Shown piece after piece: positions 1 through 8,246 of a stretch of 64,000 nt of DNA. Made by a program: the position numbers and the translations under genes. The notes under the pieces are model-generated. The model ran no database searches and was not told the DNA's origin. It saw nothing but the letters and a program-made list of their open reading frames with translations. The stretch's first letter is position 1. Each line of letters starts with the position of its first letter. This DNA is from Gemmatimonas sp. (lineage in GTDB: Bacteria > Gemmatimonadota > Gemmatimonadetes > Gemmatimonadales > Gemmatimonadaceae), in the NCBI GenBank assembly GCA_031414535.1, contig JANNVQ010000010.1, positions 1 to 64,000 of the forward strand, in the 5' to 3' direction.

Positions 1-50
1 CCCACAACTGCATCCGCACCCGCGGCTGACGGCAGCAAGCGTCGTTATGC
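1..50 (-). mobile_element. attC site A (truncated by window start)
   Basis: CCCACAACTGC...CGCGGCTGACGGCAGCAAGCGTCGTTATGC closely matches the right half of the 1469-1605 site. Minus-strand R'' GCATAAC at 50-44 contains the TAA of the upstream ORF. Confidence 0.85.
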
Positions 51-176
51 GGAGCATCGGATCGCGCAGCGATTCGGGCCTGTCCGAATCGGCCCGGGCC
101 ATTCGCGGCGGATGGCACACGCAACGTGCGGCGCGCACCCCCAAGAACCCTGTTGTTGGGGACCCTCACGTTTCAT
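45..176 (-). CDS. possible 43-aa peptide of the small cassette A (may be non-coding)
   Basis: ATG at 176 (MKREGPQQQ...), stop TAA inside the attC R'' box. No recognisable motif. Confidence 0.3.
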   Translation of the reverse strand: MKREGPQQQGSWGCAPHVACAIRREWPGPIRTGPNRCAIRCSA

Positions 177-226
177 CGTGAGAAATCGCGCGCGAGCGGT
201 GGATGCTTCGTTCGCACAGAGCTTCC

Positions 227-361
227 GCATAACGTATGCTTCTGCTGCGAGCGCTTCCATAAAATGCGGTTGTGGGGCCGCTGCAGACCATCCATAAAGT
301 GGAGCAGCGGCCCCACAACCGCTACCGCACCCGCGCGCGTCGGCCGCAAGCGGCGGTATCC
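227..361 (-). mobile_element. attC site B (135 bp; R'' mutated to GGATACC)
   Basis: Imperfect palindrome with inner stem GCGGTTGTGGGGCCGCTGC/GCAGCGGCCCCACAACCGC. Minus-strand R' GTTATGC at 233-227. Similar along its length to 1469-1605. Confidence 0.85.
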
Positions 362-377
362 CGCGGCGCGCCGATGC

Positions 378-1457
378 TTAGCAATCCTGTGTGACGAGAC
401 GAAACTTCCGCACGCGCGGCTGACTGCGCGCCGACGTCGAGTCCGTCTCGTGCGAGAACACGAAGAGCGTATCACCCGCGACCGTGGCCCACGGCTGCGG
501 ATCCGCATCGACCGGCACGCGCACCTCACCACACACCACGCGCGAGCTGAGATTCGCGACCGCGACATTCAAGGCTCCCGCCATGCGAGTGCCGAGGAAC
601 TCCTGGTCGAGCGTGAGGACGGCAACCGCGTTCGTGGATCCGATCCGGTGCACGGCGAGCGGGTACGAAGCCTTGTATGCGGCCTTCATCCCGGACTCGG
701 GGTCGTCGTCGCGCACTGCGCCCAACACCTCGGACATCGCCCCCCGCCGAGATGCGGGTGGGATATGCAAGCTATCAAACGGTCCAGCAAACGGGCCGAC
801 AAACAGAAAGTCCGAGCCCTGCGTGAAGACGGCGAGCGAGTCGCCGCTGAGCGGGGTCGCGGCGACAAACACGAGCATCATATCGACCATCTGGCTGCGG
901 CCAACCTGACTCGGAAACGGACCGCCGAACTCGGCAGAGTCCGTTGGGCCGCGGAATCGCGCGAGTGTGGAGCGCTGCGTGCGATCGATACGTCGCGCGA
1001 ACACGGCACCATTGTTCGCGGCAAACGCGGAGGTCATCGGGGACTGCGTGCGAACCCAAGCGTCGGTGGGACGCGCGATCGGGAACACCTTCAGCATGCT
1101 CCCGTCGCTCACCGCGAGCGTCGAGTCGTCGTACGGGTAGATGCCGAACGGACCGGACTCCCACTCGCCCGGGCCGCTGCCGCGTCGACCGATCTCGCGT
1201 GCGCGTCGGCCGTCGGCACTGTGCTGAAGGAGCGCTCCACGCTGACGGTCGGAGATAAGGAATCCCCCATCGGCGGTGCGCGCGAAACCGCCAATCATAC
1301 CCAGCGGAGCGGACTCAGGCTCTTCGAGATCGACGATTCCAGCGGGCACGAGCTCGAGGCTCGGCGTTCGCGGCGTGGACGTGCGCTCACAGGCCGTGAG
1401 TAACAGGAACGTGAGAGTCGCAACAGAGCCTAGCCAAACTCTAGATGATTTCGACAT
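378..1457 (-). CDS. cassette-borne lipoprotein, probable 6-bladed beta-propeller
   Basis: Start MSKSSRVW 12 nt after the attC R' box, lipobox LLTAC, GRRGSGPGE motif typical of TolB/NHL-like 6-bladed propellers. Confidence 0.7.
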   Translation of the reverse strand: MSKSSRVWLGSVATLTFLLLTACERTSTPRTPSLELVPAGIVDLEEPESAPLGMIGGFARTADGGFLISDRQRGALLQHSADGRRAREIGRRGSGPGEWESGPFGIYPYDDSTLAVSDGSMLKVFPIARPTDAWVRTQSPMTSAFAANNGAVFARRIDRTQRSTLARFRGPTDSAEFGGPFPSQVGRSQMVDMMLVFVAATPLSGDSLAVFTQGSDFLFVGPFAGPFDSLHIPPASRRGAMSEVLGAVRDDDPESGMKAAYKASYPLAVHRIGSTNAVAVLTLDQEFLGTRMAGALNVAVANLSSRVVCGEVRVPVDADPQPWATVAGDTLFVFSHETDSTSARSQPRVRKFRLVTQDC

Positions 1458-1468
1458 GTGTCTCGTCT

Positions 1469-1605
1469 GGATAACGTTTGCTTCTGCTGCAGCCGCTTCC
1501 ATAAAAAGCAGTTGTGGGGCGACCGCAGGGCGTCCCATTACAATAGCGCGGGCGCCCCACAACTGCCTCCTTACTCGCGGCTGTCGGCAGCAAGCGTCGT
1601 TATGC
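1469..1605 (-). mobile_element. attC site C (137 bp)
   Basis: Minus strand GCATAAC-GACGC-TTGCTGC...GCAGAA-GCAAAC-GTTATCC, with a perfect 14-bp inner stem GCAGTTGTGGGGCG/CGCCCCACAACTGC. The upstream ORF stop lies in R''. Confidence 0.9.
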
Positions 1606-2295
1606 GCCGGGCGCGACGCCCGAATGTCCGTAGGCGGCGATGCGCTGCTTTGCTTCCATGAACACCGGCTCGCCAATCTCGGGAAGGTTTGGGTGTGTGA
1701 CCTCGCCCCACTGGTCCGCGGGGTCATGAATCACGCCCCCTTCCAATCTGAGAGCCTCAACGGCCTTGGGGAGGGCCTGCAGAGTGAATCCTGCAAGCAC
1801 CCTGAAGTGATACTCGTCGACTTCCCGAATCCTGGCGCCGCGCCCTCGCGCCTCGCGAGCACCATCAAGAGTCGCGAAGAGATGATCTACTTGTCGAAAG
1901 AATGCGTGCACGGCGCTGAGCGACTCAATCGAGAACACGCGCACGTGCGACATTAGTCCGTCGTAGTGCAGTCGCGGCCGCCCAGCCACCATGCCGGATG
2001 GATTCGGGCAAGCAAAGATCTGTCGAATCAGCGATTCTAGTCGGCGCGCATCATGGAGAAGAAGAGCGGCAATTGCGGACTTCTCACGCGCAAAAGCGTC
2101 GTTCTCGCGCTGTGCGCTCGCGACCCGCTCGCGCCGTTCTTTCCGCAGGTCGACGACGTAAGCGCCAAGAATTCCGAGGCCCGCTCCGACGGCGGCTCCG
2201 ACAAGCGCAGCAGCAATCTCAGTTTCCAGCGGGGCCTCCTTGTGCGAAAGACGCCGATGTGAGGGATGCTTTGAACTGCGCGAATGCTGCAGCAT
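1600..2295 (-). CDS. cassette-borne hypothetical protein with N-terminal TM helix
   Basis: 231-aa ORF ending GCA TAA in the attC R'' box. Hydrophobic IAAALVGAAVGAGLGILGAYVV. The true start may be CTG at 2229, behind AGGAGG. Confidence 0.65.
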   Translation of the reverse strand: MLQHSRSSKHPSHRRLSHKEAPLETEIAAALVGAAVGAGLGILGAYVVDLRKERRERVASAQRENDAFAREKSAIAALLLHDARRLESLIRQIFACPNPSGMVAGRPRLHYDGLMSHVRVFSIESLSAVHAFFRQVDHLFATLDGAREARGRGARIREVDEYHFRVLAGFTLQALPKAVEALRLEGGVIHDPADQWGEVTHPNLPEIGEPVFMEAKQRIAAYGHSGVAPGA

Positions 2296-2734
2296 TGCTC
2301 CCCGTCAGTTCGGAGATAGGTCCAGCGAGACGGCCGTCAGGAGGACAGCCGAGAAAGAAGCCTCCGAGGCCGGAAGAAGAGATGTGGGCGGCAAAGGCCG
2401 GGTCGACGGGTGTCGTGCGTCCATCCCAGTCGCCATGCTCAAGAAAGCTCCCGGAAACAGCTTGTGATCCGCTCACAACTATGTAGCCGAACGGGTGCTC
2501 GTCGACGTTTGATTTGTCGAGCCTGAAGAAGTTGTACACAACAAGTGTTTGTTCGGTCTCGCTGCCCGAAACAATTCTGGTTGCACTGTCGAACTTTGAT
2601 CGCAGTGTCGCGGGCGTATATGACGGAAAGTCCTTGGGACCTATGACCTTGTAACCGTCGCCCTCGGCAATGGCTGCCAGCGCTTCGGACTGCGCCGACA
2701 GGGAAATCGGAAATGCTTTTATCTCGTTCGCCAT
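2219..2734 (-). CDS. cassette-borne hypothetical protein (first ORF of array)
   Basis: 171-aa ORF, AAGGA RBS, starts 18 nt after the attI-like GTTATGC, lower GC than the flanks. Confidence 0.7.
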   Translation of the reverse strand: MANEIKAFPISLSAQSEALAAIAEGDGYKVIGPKDFPSYTPATLRSKFDSATRIVSGSETEQTLVVYNFFRLDKSNVDEHPFGYIVVSGSQAVSGSFLEHGDWDGRTTPVDPAFAAHISSSGLGGFFLGCPPDGRLAGPISELTGSNAAAFAQFKASLTSASFAQGGPAGN

Positions 2735-2752
2735 GCAAATCGTTCCTTGTGC

Positions 2753-2800
2753 GCATAACGTGCATTAGTCAAAACTTAAGCACCACACGAAAAGATTAAC
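2753..2800 (-). mobile_element. attI-like primary recombination site at array head
   Basis: Core GTTATGC (2759-2753) precedes the first cassette. The adjacent sequence is AT-rich, non-palindromic and unlike the attC left arms. Confidence 0.55.
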
Positions 2801-2918
2801 CCCCCCGCGTTACTGCCCCTTATTCGCAAGGATAATCAAACATCCCACACAGCTAACCCCATCGCAAGCAATGACCTAGCACATTTTCGGATATCCCAAC
2901 GCCCCAGATTATGCGACC

Positions 2919-2948
2919 GCGTTATGCTGCGTACTCGCAGCATAACGC
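2919..2948. other. perfect 13-bp hairpin containing GTTATGC/GCATAAC
   Basis: GCGTTATGCTGCG-TACT-CGCAGCATAACGC. Confidence 0.6.
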
Positions 2949-2959
2949 CCCCGCCCCGT

Positions 2960-3000
2960 AAACAAAGAAAAAGCGCGAACCGCATCGCGGTTCGCGCTTT
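2960..3000 (-). terminator. rho-independent terminator of the minus-strand operon
   Basis: AAAGCGCGAACCGC-ATC-GCGGTTCGCGCTTT stem, followed by a T-rich run on the minus strand. Confidence 0.8.
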
Positions 3001-3021
3001 CCCTTCATGAACAACCCAAGC

Positions 3022-4674
3022 TTACCGTGTCACCGCCGGAGTAGCACGCGTCGCCGGATTACAAGCCCGCCAAGTCCCCGGTTGCCCATTCGGCCCCGCC
3101 GGCAACGGATCCATCACACTCCGCGGCATACGCTCGGGATCCTCGCTCGCCAAGTACGCGAGCATCGCCACAAGCGTCGCGTTGTTCTTCAAGTCATACT
3201 CCACAATCTTGTCATACGTATCACGATCCGTATGCCAAGTCGTGAACGAGTAATCCCAAGGCAGCGCACCCAGATTAAACGCCGGCGCCTTGTGGCACAC
3301 GAAGCTCGCATGGTCCGTACCACCCGTCGCCTGACCGCTCGTCGGATTGAACCGAATCCAACGCGTAATCTCGTTAGGAATCTGACCGAGGTACTGCGGG
3401 ATGCGCGTCGCCGCGCCAGGGAACGGACCGGCGCTCAAGTTGACGATGCGCCCGGTGCCGTTGTCCTGATTCCACAGCGCCTGCAATCCCGCCACCACCT
3501 CCGGATGATCTTCGCTGAACGCGCGTGAACCGTTCAATCCCTGCTCCTCACCGTTCCAATGCCCCACGAGAATGGTACGCTTGGGATTGGGATACACCGT
3601 GCGAAGAATGCGCAGCGCTTCCATCATCGTGATGGTGCCGGTGCCGTTGTCCGTCGCGCCGCTGGCAGAAGACCAGGAGTCAAAGTGCGCAGAAAGCATC
3701 ACGTACTCGTCAGGCTTCTCGCTGCCGCGAATCTCAGCCACCACATTGAACACGGGACGCTCACCGAGCAGTTCGCTGTCCGTAAACGCTCTCACGCGTG
3801 GGGCCTGCTTGTTGCGGGACATACGGAACAGTAGACCATAGTCCTCGCAGCCCACAGCGAATGCCGGCAGCGTCTGCTGCGGCGAGCCAAACACCTTGTT
3901 GATGCCCGGATAGTTAGACCACTGCGACGTGAATACGCCGAGCGCTCCGGCATCACGCAGCTTCAGCCACACATTGCGGCCTCCGCTCATCGCCACGTTC
4001 AGTTGGTTCCACGCGGTCTGCATCGCCAACTGTTCGGCGTTCACACGCTCGCGCTCCTCCGGCGTGCCAAACTCGTTCCACTGAGCCGGCGAGCGGCACG
4101 AGATGCGCGGCACGCTCATCAGGAAAAACTTGCCACGAACGTTCGGCAGCCACGCGTCAAAAGCCTCAGGCGTCGTGATATCCACGGGATACGCAATCAC
4201 CTCGCCCTCGGCGGGCCTGCGCATGCCTGGTGAATACGAGAGAGCCGTAGCCTCGAGGGAGCGCACGCGCGGCGAGATGAGATCCACGTGCGTGACGCCA
4301 CGCTGCCAGCCGAGCCAAGTGCCGTAGCGCTCCTTGCGCGCGGTCACGCCCCAACCCTGATACGTCTTCACGGCCCAATCCATCGCGGCGTCGCTCTGCG
4401 GCGAGCCAGTCATACGCTGACCGAGCGAATCCATGAGTTGCTGCGCAAGCCGCATCGCCTGCGAGCGGTTCATACCCTCATCCATGATGCGGTTGATGAT
4501 GGGATCAGTGGAGGGAGTGCGACGGATGTACGCAGGCACACTCTCCATGTTGATGGGGTCAGCCATCGGATTGCGCTCTCCCTGAGGCGGACGGGCCTGA
4601 CCAGCAGGCGTCTGCGCGGAGAGCAAAGGCGCAACGAGCGCCACCGCCATAAATGCACGAGCAAACACGGACAT
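3022..4674 (-). CDS. secreted M28 family peptidase (carboxypeptidase Q-like)
   Basis: Signal peptide; SAHFDSW, GATDNGTG, GEEQGLNGS, TDH and WHT motifs. Confidence 0.9.
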   Translation of the reverse strand: MSVFARAFMAVALVAPLLSAQTPAGQARPPQGERNPMADPINMESVPAYIRRTPSTDPIINRIMDEGMNRSQAMRLAQQLMDSLGQRMTGSPQSDAAMDWAVKTYQGWGVTARKERYGTWLGWQRGVTHVDLISPRVRSLEATALSYSPGMRRPAEGEVIAYPVDITTPEAFDAWLPNVRGKFFLMSVPRISCRSPAQWNEFGTPEERERVNAEQLAMQTAWNQLNVAMSGGRNVWLKLRDAGALGVFTSQWSNYPGINKVFGSPQQTLPAFAVGCEDYGLLFRMSRNKQAPRVRAFTDSELLGERPVFNVVAEIRGSEKPDEYVMLSAHFDSWSSASGATDNGTGTITMMEALRILRTVYPNPKRTILVGHWNGEEQGLNGSRAFSEDHPEVVAGLQALWNQDNGTGRIVNLSAGPFPGAATRIPQYLGQIPNEITRWIRFNPTSGQATGGTDHASFVCHKAPAFNLGALPWDYSFTTWHTDRDTYDKIVEYDLKNNATLVAMLAYLASEDPERMPRSVMDPLPAGPNGQPGTWRACNPATRATPAVTR

Positions 4675-4704
4675 CTCCTTGCGAGTGTTGAGACAAAACT
4701 GCAC

Positions 4705-5952
4705 TTACACCTTCACGCTGAGTCCATCAGCCAATGAACTACGATACGCCTTCCACGCGGGAATCATCCCAACAAGCGTGCCCGCGCCAACCACCATCCC
4801 GAGAAACATCCACTCAGTGCCGCTGAGGGGAGAGAGCGCCAAAGCCAACCCATACTTCGCTTCAATGGTACCAGAGGCCAAGGCGAGTCCAAGGTACACG
4901 AACAGCACTCCCGTCACCGCGCCAGCGAGCGCCAGCACGGCGGATTCACTTATCAGTAGCAATGAGATAGTGCGCGGCCCAGCACCGACGGCGCGCAGCA
5001 CCGCCATCTCCCGTCGCCGGCTCTCAAGCGACGCATACAACGCCACACACATGCCGATGAGACCAACGAGTAGCGTGAACAAACTCACGAGCCTCAGCGC
5101 AACCTCGGCGTTTCCCACCACGTCCCACAACTGCGCCAGTGCCACACCAGGAATGATTGCCGTCAACGGCTCGCGGACATCCTCGTTCATCTCTCGTTGC
5201 AGCTGAAGCGTCTCAAAGCGATTCTTGGTGCCCACAAGGAATGCTGTGATTGGCGGTTCGCCCGGCGTGAGTGCGGCAGCGGGCGGAGCCATCATCACGC
5301 CGCCACCACGCTCGGCTTCCTCACTATGCATGGCCTCAAGGCCGGGCAGCGTCACGTACAGCGCTCGGTCAATCGGCGTCACCGTGCGCGCAATGATGCC
5401 CACCACCTTAAACGGATGCACATCGTGTTCCGCAAAGCTCACTTCAGCTACCCCATGCGCGAGCACGACGTCAGCACCAATCCCGTAGCCAAGACGCTCA
5501 GCGACCTCTGTGCCGATACTCACCTCGCTGGGAGTCTCGGGCGCACGACCTGCAGTAAACGTCACGGTCTGATCGCGAAAACGATAGCGCTCAAAAAATT
5601 CGGCGGTGGTTCCAATGACACGGAATCCGCGATGCGAGTCGCCAAGCGAGTAGGGAATAGTCCACGACACCGCAGGATGCGCACGCCAGCGTTCGTACGT
5701 CTGCCAACTCACACTGCCAGACGGCGTCGCCATCCCAAACACCGTACTCAGCAAGACCTGCGTGGTGCCGCCTCGCGCGCCAACAATGAGATCCGTGCCC
5801 TTGATGGTGCCAGCGAAGGATTCGCGTACGCCCACGCGCAGGTGCTCAATGCCCACCAGCAGCGCGACGGATAGGGCAATGCTCGCCACCGTGAGCAGTG
5901 AGATCACGAGACGCGCCCGCAGCGATCTGAGAGCCAGCGAGACGAGAAACAT
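4705..5952 (-). CDS. ABC transporter permease (MacB/FtsX type)
   Basis: Four TM segments, large periplasmic loop, RRREMAVLRAVGA motif. Confidence 0.9.
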   Translation of the reverse strand: MFLVSLALRSLRARLVISLLTVASIALSVALLVGIEHLRVGVRESFAGTIKGTDLIVGARGGTTQVLLSTVFGMATPSGSVSWQTYERWRAHPAVSWTIPYSLGDSHRGFRVIGTTAEFFERYRFRDQTVTFTAGRAPETPSEVSIGTEVAERLGYGIGADVVLAHGVAEVSFAEHDVHPFKVVGIIARTVTPIDRALYVTLPGLEAMHSEEAERGGGVMMAPPAAALTPGEPPITAFLVGTKNRFETLQLQREMNEDVREPLTAIIPGVALAQLWDVVGNAEVALRLVSLFTLLVGLIGMCVALYASLESRRREMAVLRAVGAGPRTISLLLISESAVLALAGAVTGVLFVYLGLALASGTIEAKYGLALALSPLSGTEWMFLGMVVGAGTLVGMIPAWKAYRSSLADGLSVKV

Positions 5953-6644
5953 CAGACCGCCGCCACGGTAGCTGCACGATTCACTTTGGGTAAGGCAATC
6001 GTCCGGCCAAAGCGAACGGACAGCGTGAGATCGTGGCTCACAAACACCAAGGTGCTACCAGCGCGCTCTACAGAAGCGAACAGCAACTGCAGGAAGCGAT
6101 CACGCCGGTCCGCATCGAGCGCCGACGTCGGCTCGTCACATACGATGATCTCCGGCGAGCCAATCAGCGCGCGCGCCACGGCCACGCGCTGTTGCTGGCC
6201 CACGGACAATGCCGTCACCGGCTGCGCGAGCAGCGCATCTATCTCCAATCCCGCTGCGAGTCGCTGCGCCTCTGCATCAGCGTCGGCTCCATTGAGACGC
6301 GCGCGTCTCGCCGACGAAAGTCGCACGGGGAGCGTGATGTTGTCTCGCACCGACAGGTACGGGATGAGATTGAACATCTGAAACACGTAGCCCACATGTG
6401 CGGCGCGAAAACGATCGCGTGCGGCGCTACCCATAGTGCCGAGTTCACTGCCAAGAACCTGCACCGTGCCGGCGGTGGGGGGGAGCACGCCGGCAATCAA
6501 GCCGAGGAGCGTGGTCTTGCCGCTGCCGCTGGGGCCGTGAAGAAACACACGCTCGCCGCGGGCGATGTGCAGCGTGGGGATGTCCAGCACCGGCGCGCCG
6601 CCACGATAGGCGAAGCGCACCTCATGAAATGCGACGGCGGTCAC
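5952..6644 (-). CDS. ABC transporter ATP-binding protein
   Basis: GPSGSGKT, LSVGQQQRV, DEPT, SH motifs. Confidence 0.95.
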   Translation of the reverse strand: MTAVAFHEVRFAYRGGAPVLDIPTLHIARGERVFLHGPSGSGKTTLLGLIAGVLPPTAGTVQVLGSELGTMGSAARDRFRAAHVGYVFQMFNLIPYLSVRDNITLPVRLSSARRARLNGADADAEAQRLAAGLEIDALLAQPVTALSVGQQQRVAVARALIGSPEIIVCDEPTSALDADRRDRFLQLLFASVERAGSTLVFVSHDLTLSVRFGRTIALPKVNRAATVAAV

Positions 6645-7105
6645 CGGCCCGTGTACGGCCGCATGGACATCCCTTCAATCGTGAATCCCACCGAGCCATA
6701 CGGCGAGTCGTAGTTCACGATGCGCAGCGTGCCTTCCATCCACACGGCATCAAACAGCGCGAGCTTCACGTTACGGTTGCCGGTCATCGTTACGAAGGCC
6801 ATCTGATTGGCCGGTGGTGGCGGCGTGTGTACGCAAGCCCCGTAGTACGGAACCAGCAAGAACTCGGCGCCCTCATCCTGCGAATCGTCCAAGGGCACGA
6901 TGAACCCCGGAATGCGAACCCGCTGGCCGTCGAGTCTCTTGAGCGAATCGGGCGCGCTGCCGTTGTCGAGGTTGAGCTGGCCGAGCAGGCGCCAATCAAT
7001 CGGCACGGCCGACTGCACGCCGGCAGCCGGTGCGGCGGGGCGTGCCTGCGCGGTCAACAGCGCCGGCGCCGCGAGAATTACAAGCGAGGTAATGAGTGTT
7101 TTCAT
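6641..7105 (-). CDS. DUF3299 family protein
   Basis: LDGQRVRIPGFIVPL...EFLLVPYYGACVHTPPPPANQ. Confidence 0.9.
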   Translation of the reverse strand: MKTLITSLVILAAPALLTAQARPAAPAAGVQSAVPIDWRLLGQLNLDNGSAPDSLKRLDGQRVRIPGFIVPLDDSQDEGAEFLLVPYYGACVHTPPPPANQMAFVTMTGNRNVKLALFDAVWMEGTLRIVNYDSPYGSVGFTIEGMSMRPYTGR

Positions 7106-8238
7106 GGGCTAACCACTGTGAATTCCGTAACCATCTCCGTGCGGTCCCACTGCAGGGCCAGCACGGCGCGTCCATTCTGCTCACGCAGGGCAATTGTAAA
7201 ACCTTCCACTTCGCGGTCGAGGGCCTGAGCACGCAGGGGCACTCGGCCAAGATCGCGCGCTGCATCGTAGGTCTGACCATTCTGACCAGTCTGGCGATTA
7301 ATAATCAGCACGCCGCCGCTGGATTCGATGATTGAGAAGAGTGTGTATTCGCCAGGCGGAACAACGAGATTGCCGAATCGCAGTTCGCGGTCCGTCTTGA
7401 AGTGCGTGGCGCGATTGGCACCCGTGCGCCACAATTGGCCGTAGCGCACCACCGTGCCCCAAATCGCTCGGCCACGCTTCATCGGCACACCGTAGTCGAG
7501 CGTGATGTTCGCACCGAGTACAGCAATCTCGCCGCTGCCACGACCTGAAAGTTCGCCGACTCCGCGTCCGCTCGCGTCGCGCGCAGCGAAATCGCGGGCC
7601 AGTGCCTCAACGTTGCTGTCGCCGCTGCGCGTGACAATTAACGCACGCGTTGTTGCACCCGCGTCTAAGGTACGGATGGCCCCGTCAGGCAAAACGCTGA
7701 GCCGCATCGTGCCGCGAGTTGGGTGAGTGACGGTAGCAGAGTCAGCGCCAATCAAAGCCAACGGGAACTCCGAAATGCGCTGACCGCTCAGCATCGGCGC
7801 GTTCAACTGGGTGCGGCCGGCGCGACGCATACGCTGTAATGCTACGTCAAAGGGCCAGTGCACTAGGTCAATGAAGGGTAGCCAGGACGCGGGCGCAGCC
7901 ACCATCCGCTCGGAGACCTGATCACCACGCACGGCGATGTGGAGCGAATCCCCATGCCTCGTGTAGGTCGTGGTACGCTGCTCAACGCCGCTCTGCACAA
8001 TAAAATCGCGCACGGTCAGCGAAGTGAGGTCGCCAGCATCATTGAACTGGGCGCGGTGTCGCTGCAAGGTTGTGCGCGGTGAGCGTGTGACGACTTCGGC
8101 CACCAGCGTGTTCCCTGTACGGACAATCTTCTCAACCGAGATGGTGTCCACGCCAAGCCGGGCAGTAAGCGTGGCCGTGGTCTGGGCGCCGAGCACGGCG
8201 GGCAGGACGGCGAGGAGGGCAAGGGAAAGGCGTCGCAT
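7102..8238 (-). CDS. secreted protein with C-terminal DUF2911 domain
   Basis: Signal peptide; YGVPMKRGRAIWG..YGQLWRTGANRAT..PGEYTLF. Confidence 0.85.
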   Translation of the reverse strand: MRRLSLALLAVLPAVLGAQTTATLTARLGVDTISVEKIVRTGNTLVAEVVTRSPRTTLQRHRAQFNDAGDLTSLTVRDFIVQSGVEQRTTTYTRHGDSLHIAVRGDQVSERMVAAPASWLPFIDLVHWPFDVALQRMRRAGRTQLNAPMLSGQRISEFPLALIGADSATVTHPTRGTMRLSVLPDGAIRTLDAGATTRALIVTRSGDSNVEALARDFAARDASGRGVGELSGRGSGEIAVLGANITLDYGVPMKRGRAIWGTVVRYGQLWRTGANRATHFKTDRELRFGNLVVPPGEYTLFSIIESSGGVLIINRQTGQNGQTYDAARDLGRVPLRAQALDREVEGFTIALREQNGRAVLALQWDRTEMVTEFTVVSP

Positions 8239-8246
8239 ACCTAATT

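Noticed and set aside
126..1403. 425-aa plus-strand ORF
   Set aside because: Antisense shadow of the cassette lipoprotein. It is Arg-rich and runs through an attC.
1..1605. CRISPR array interpretation of the repeated palindromes
   Set aside because: Repeats are ~135 bp, separated by gene-sized spacers, and have attC R-box logic. No cas genes are present.
1458..1727. N-terminal extension of the 449-aa ORF
   Set aside because: It runs through attC C. The signal peptide starts at Met 1457.
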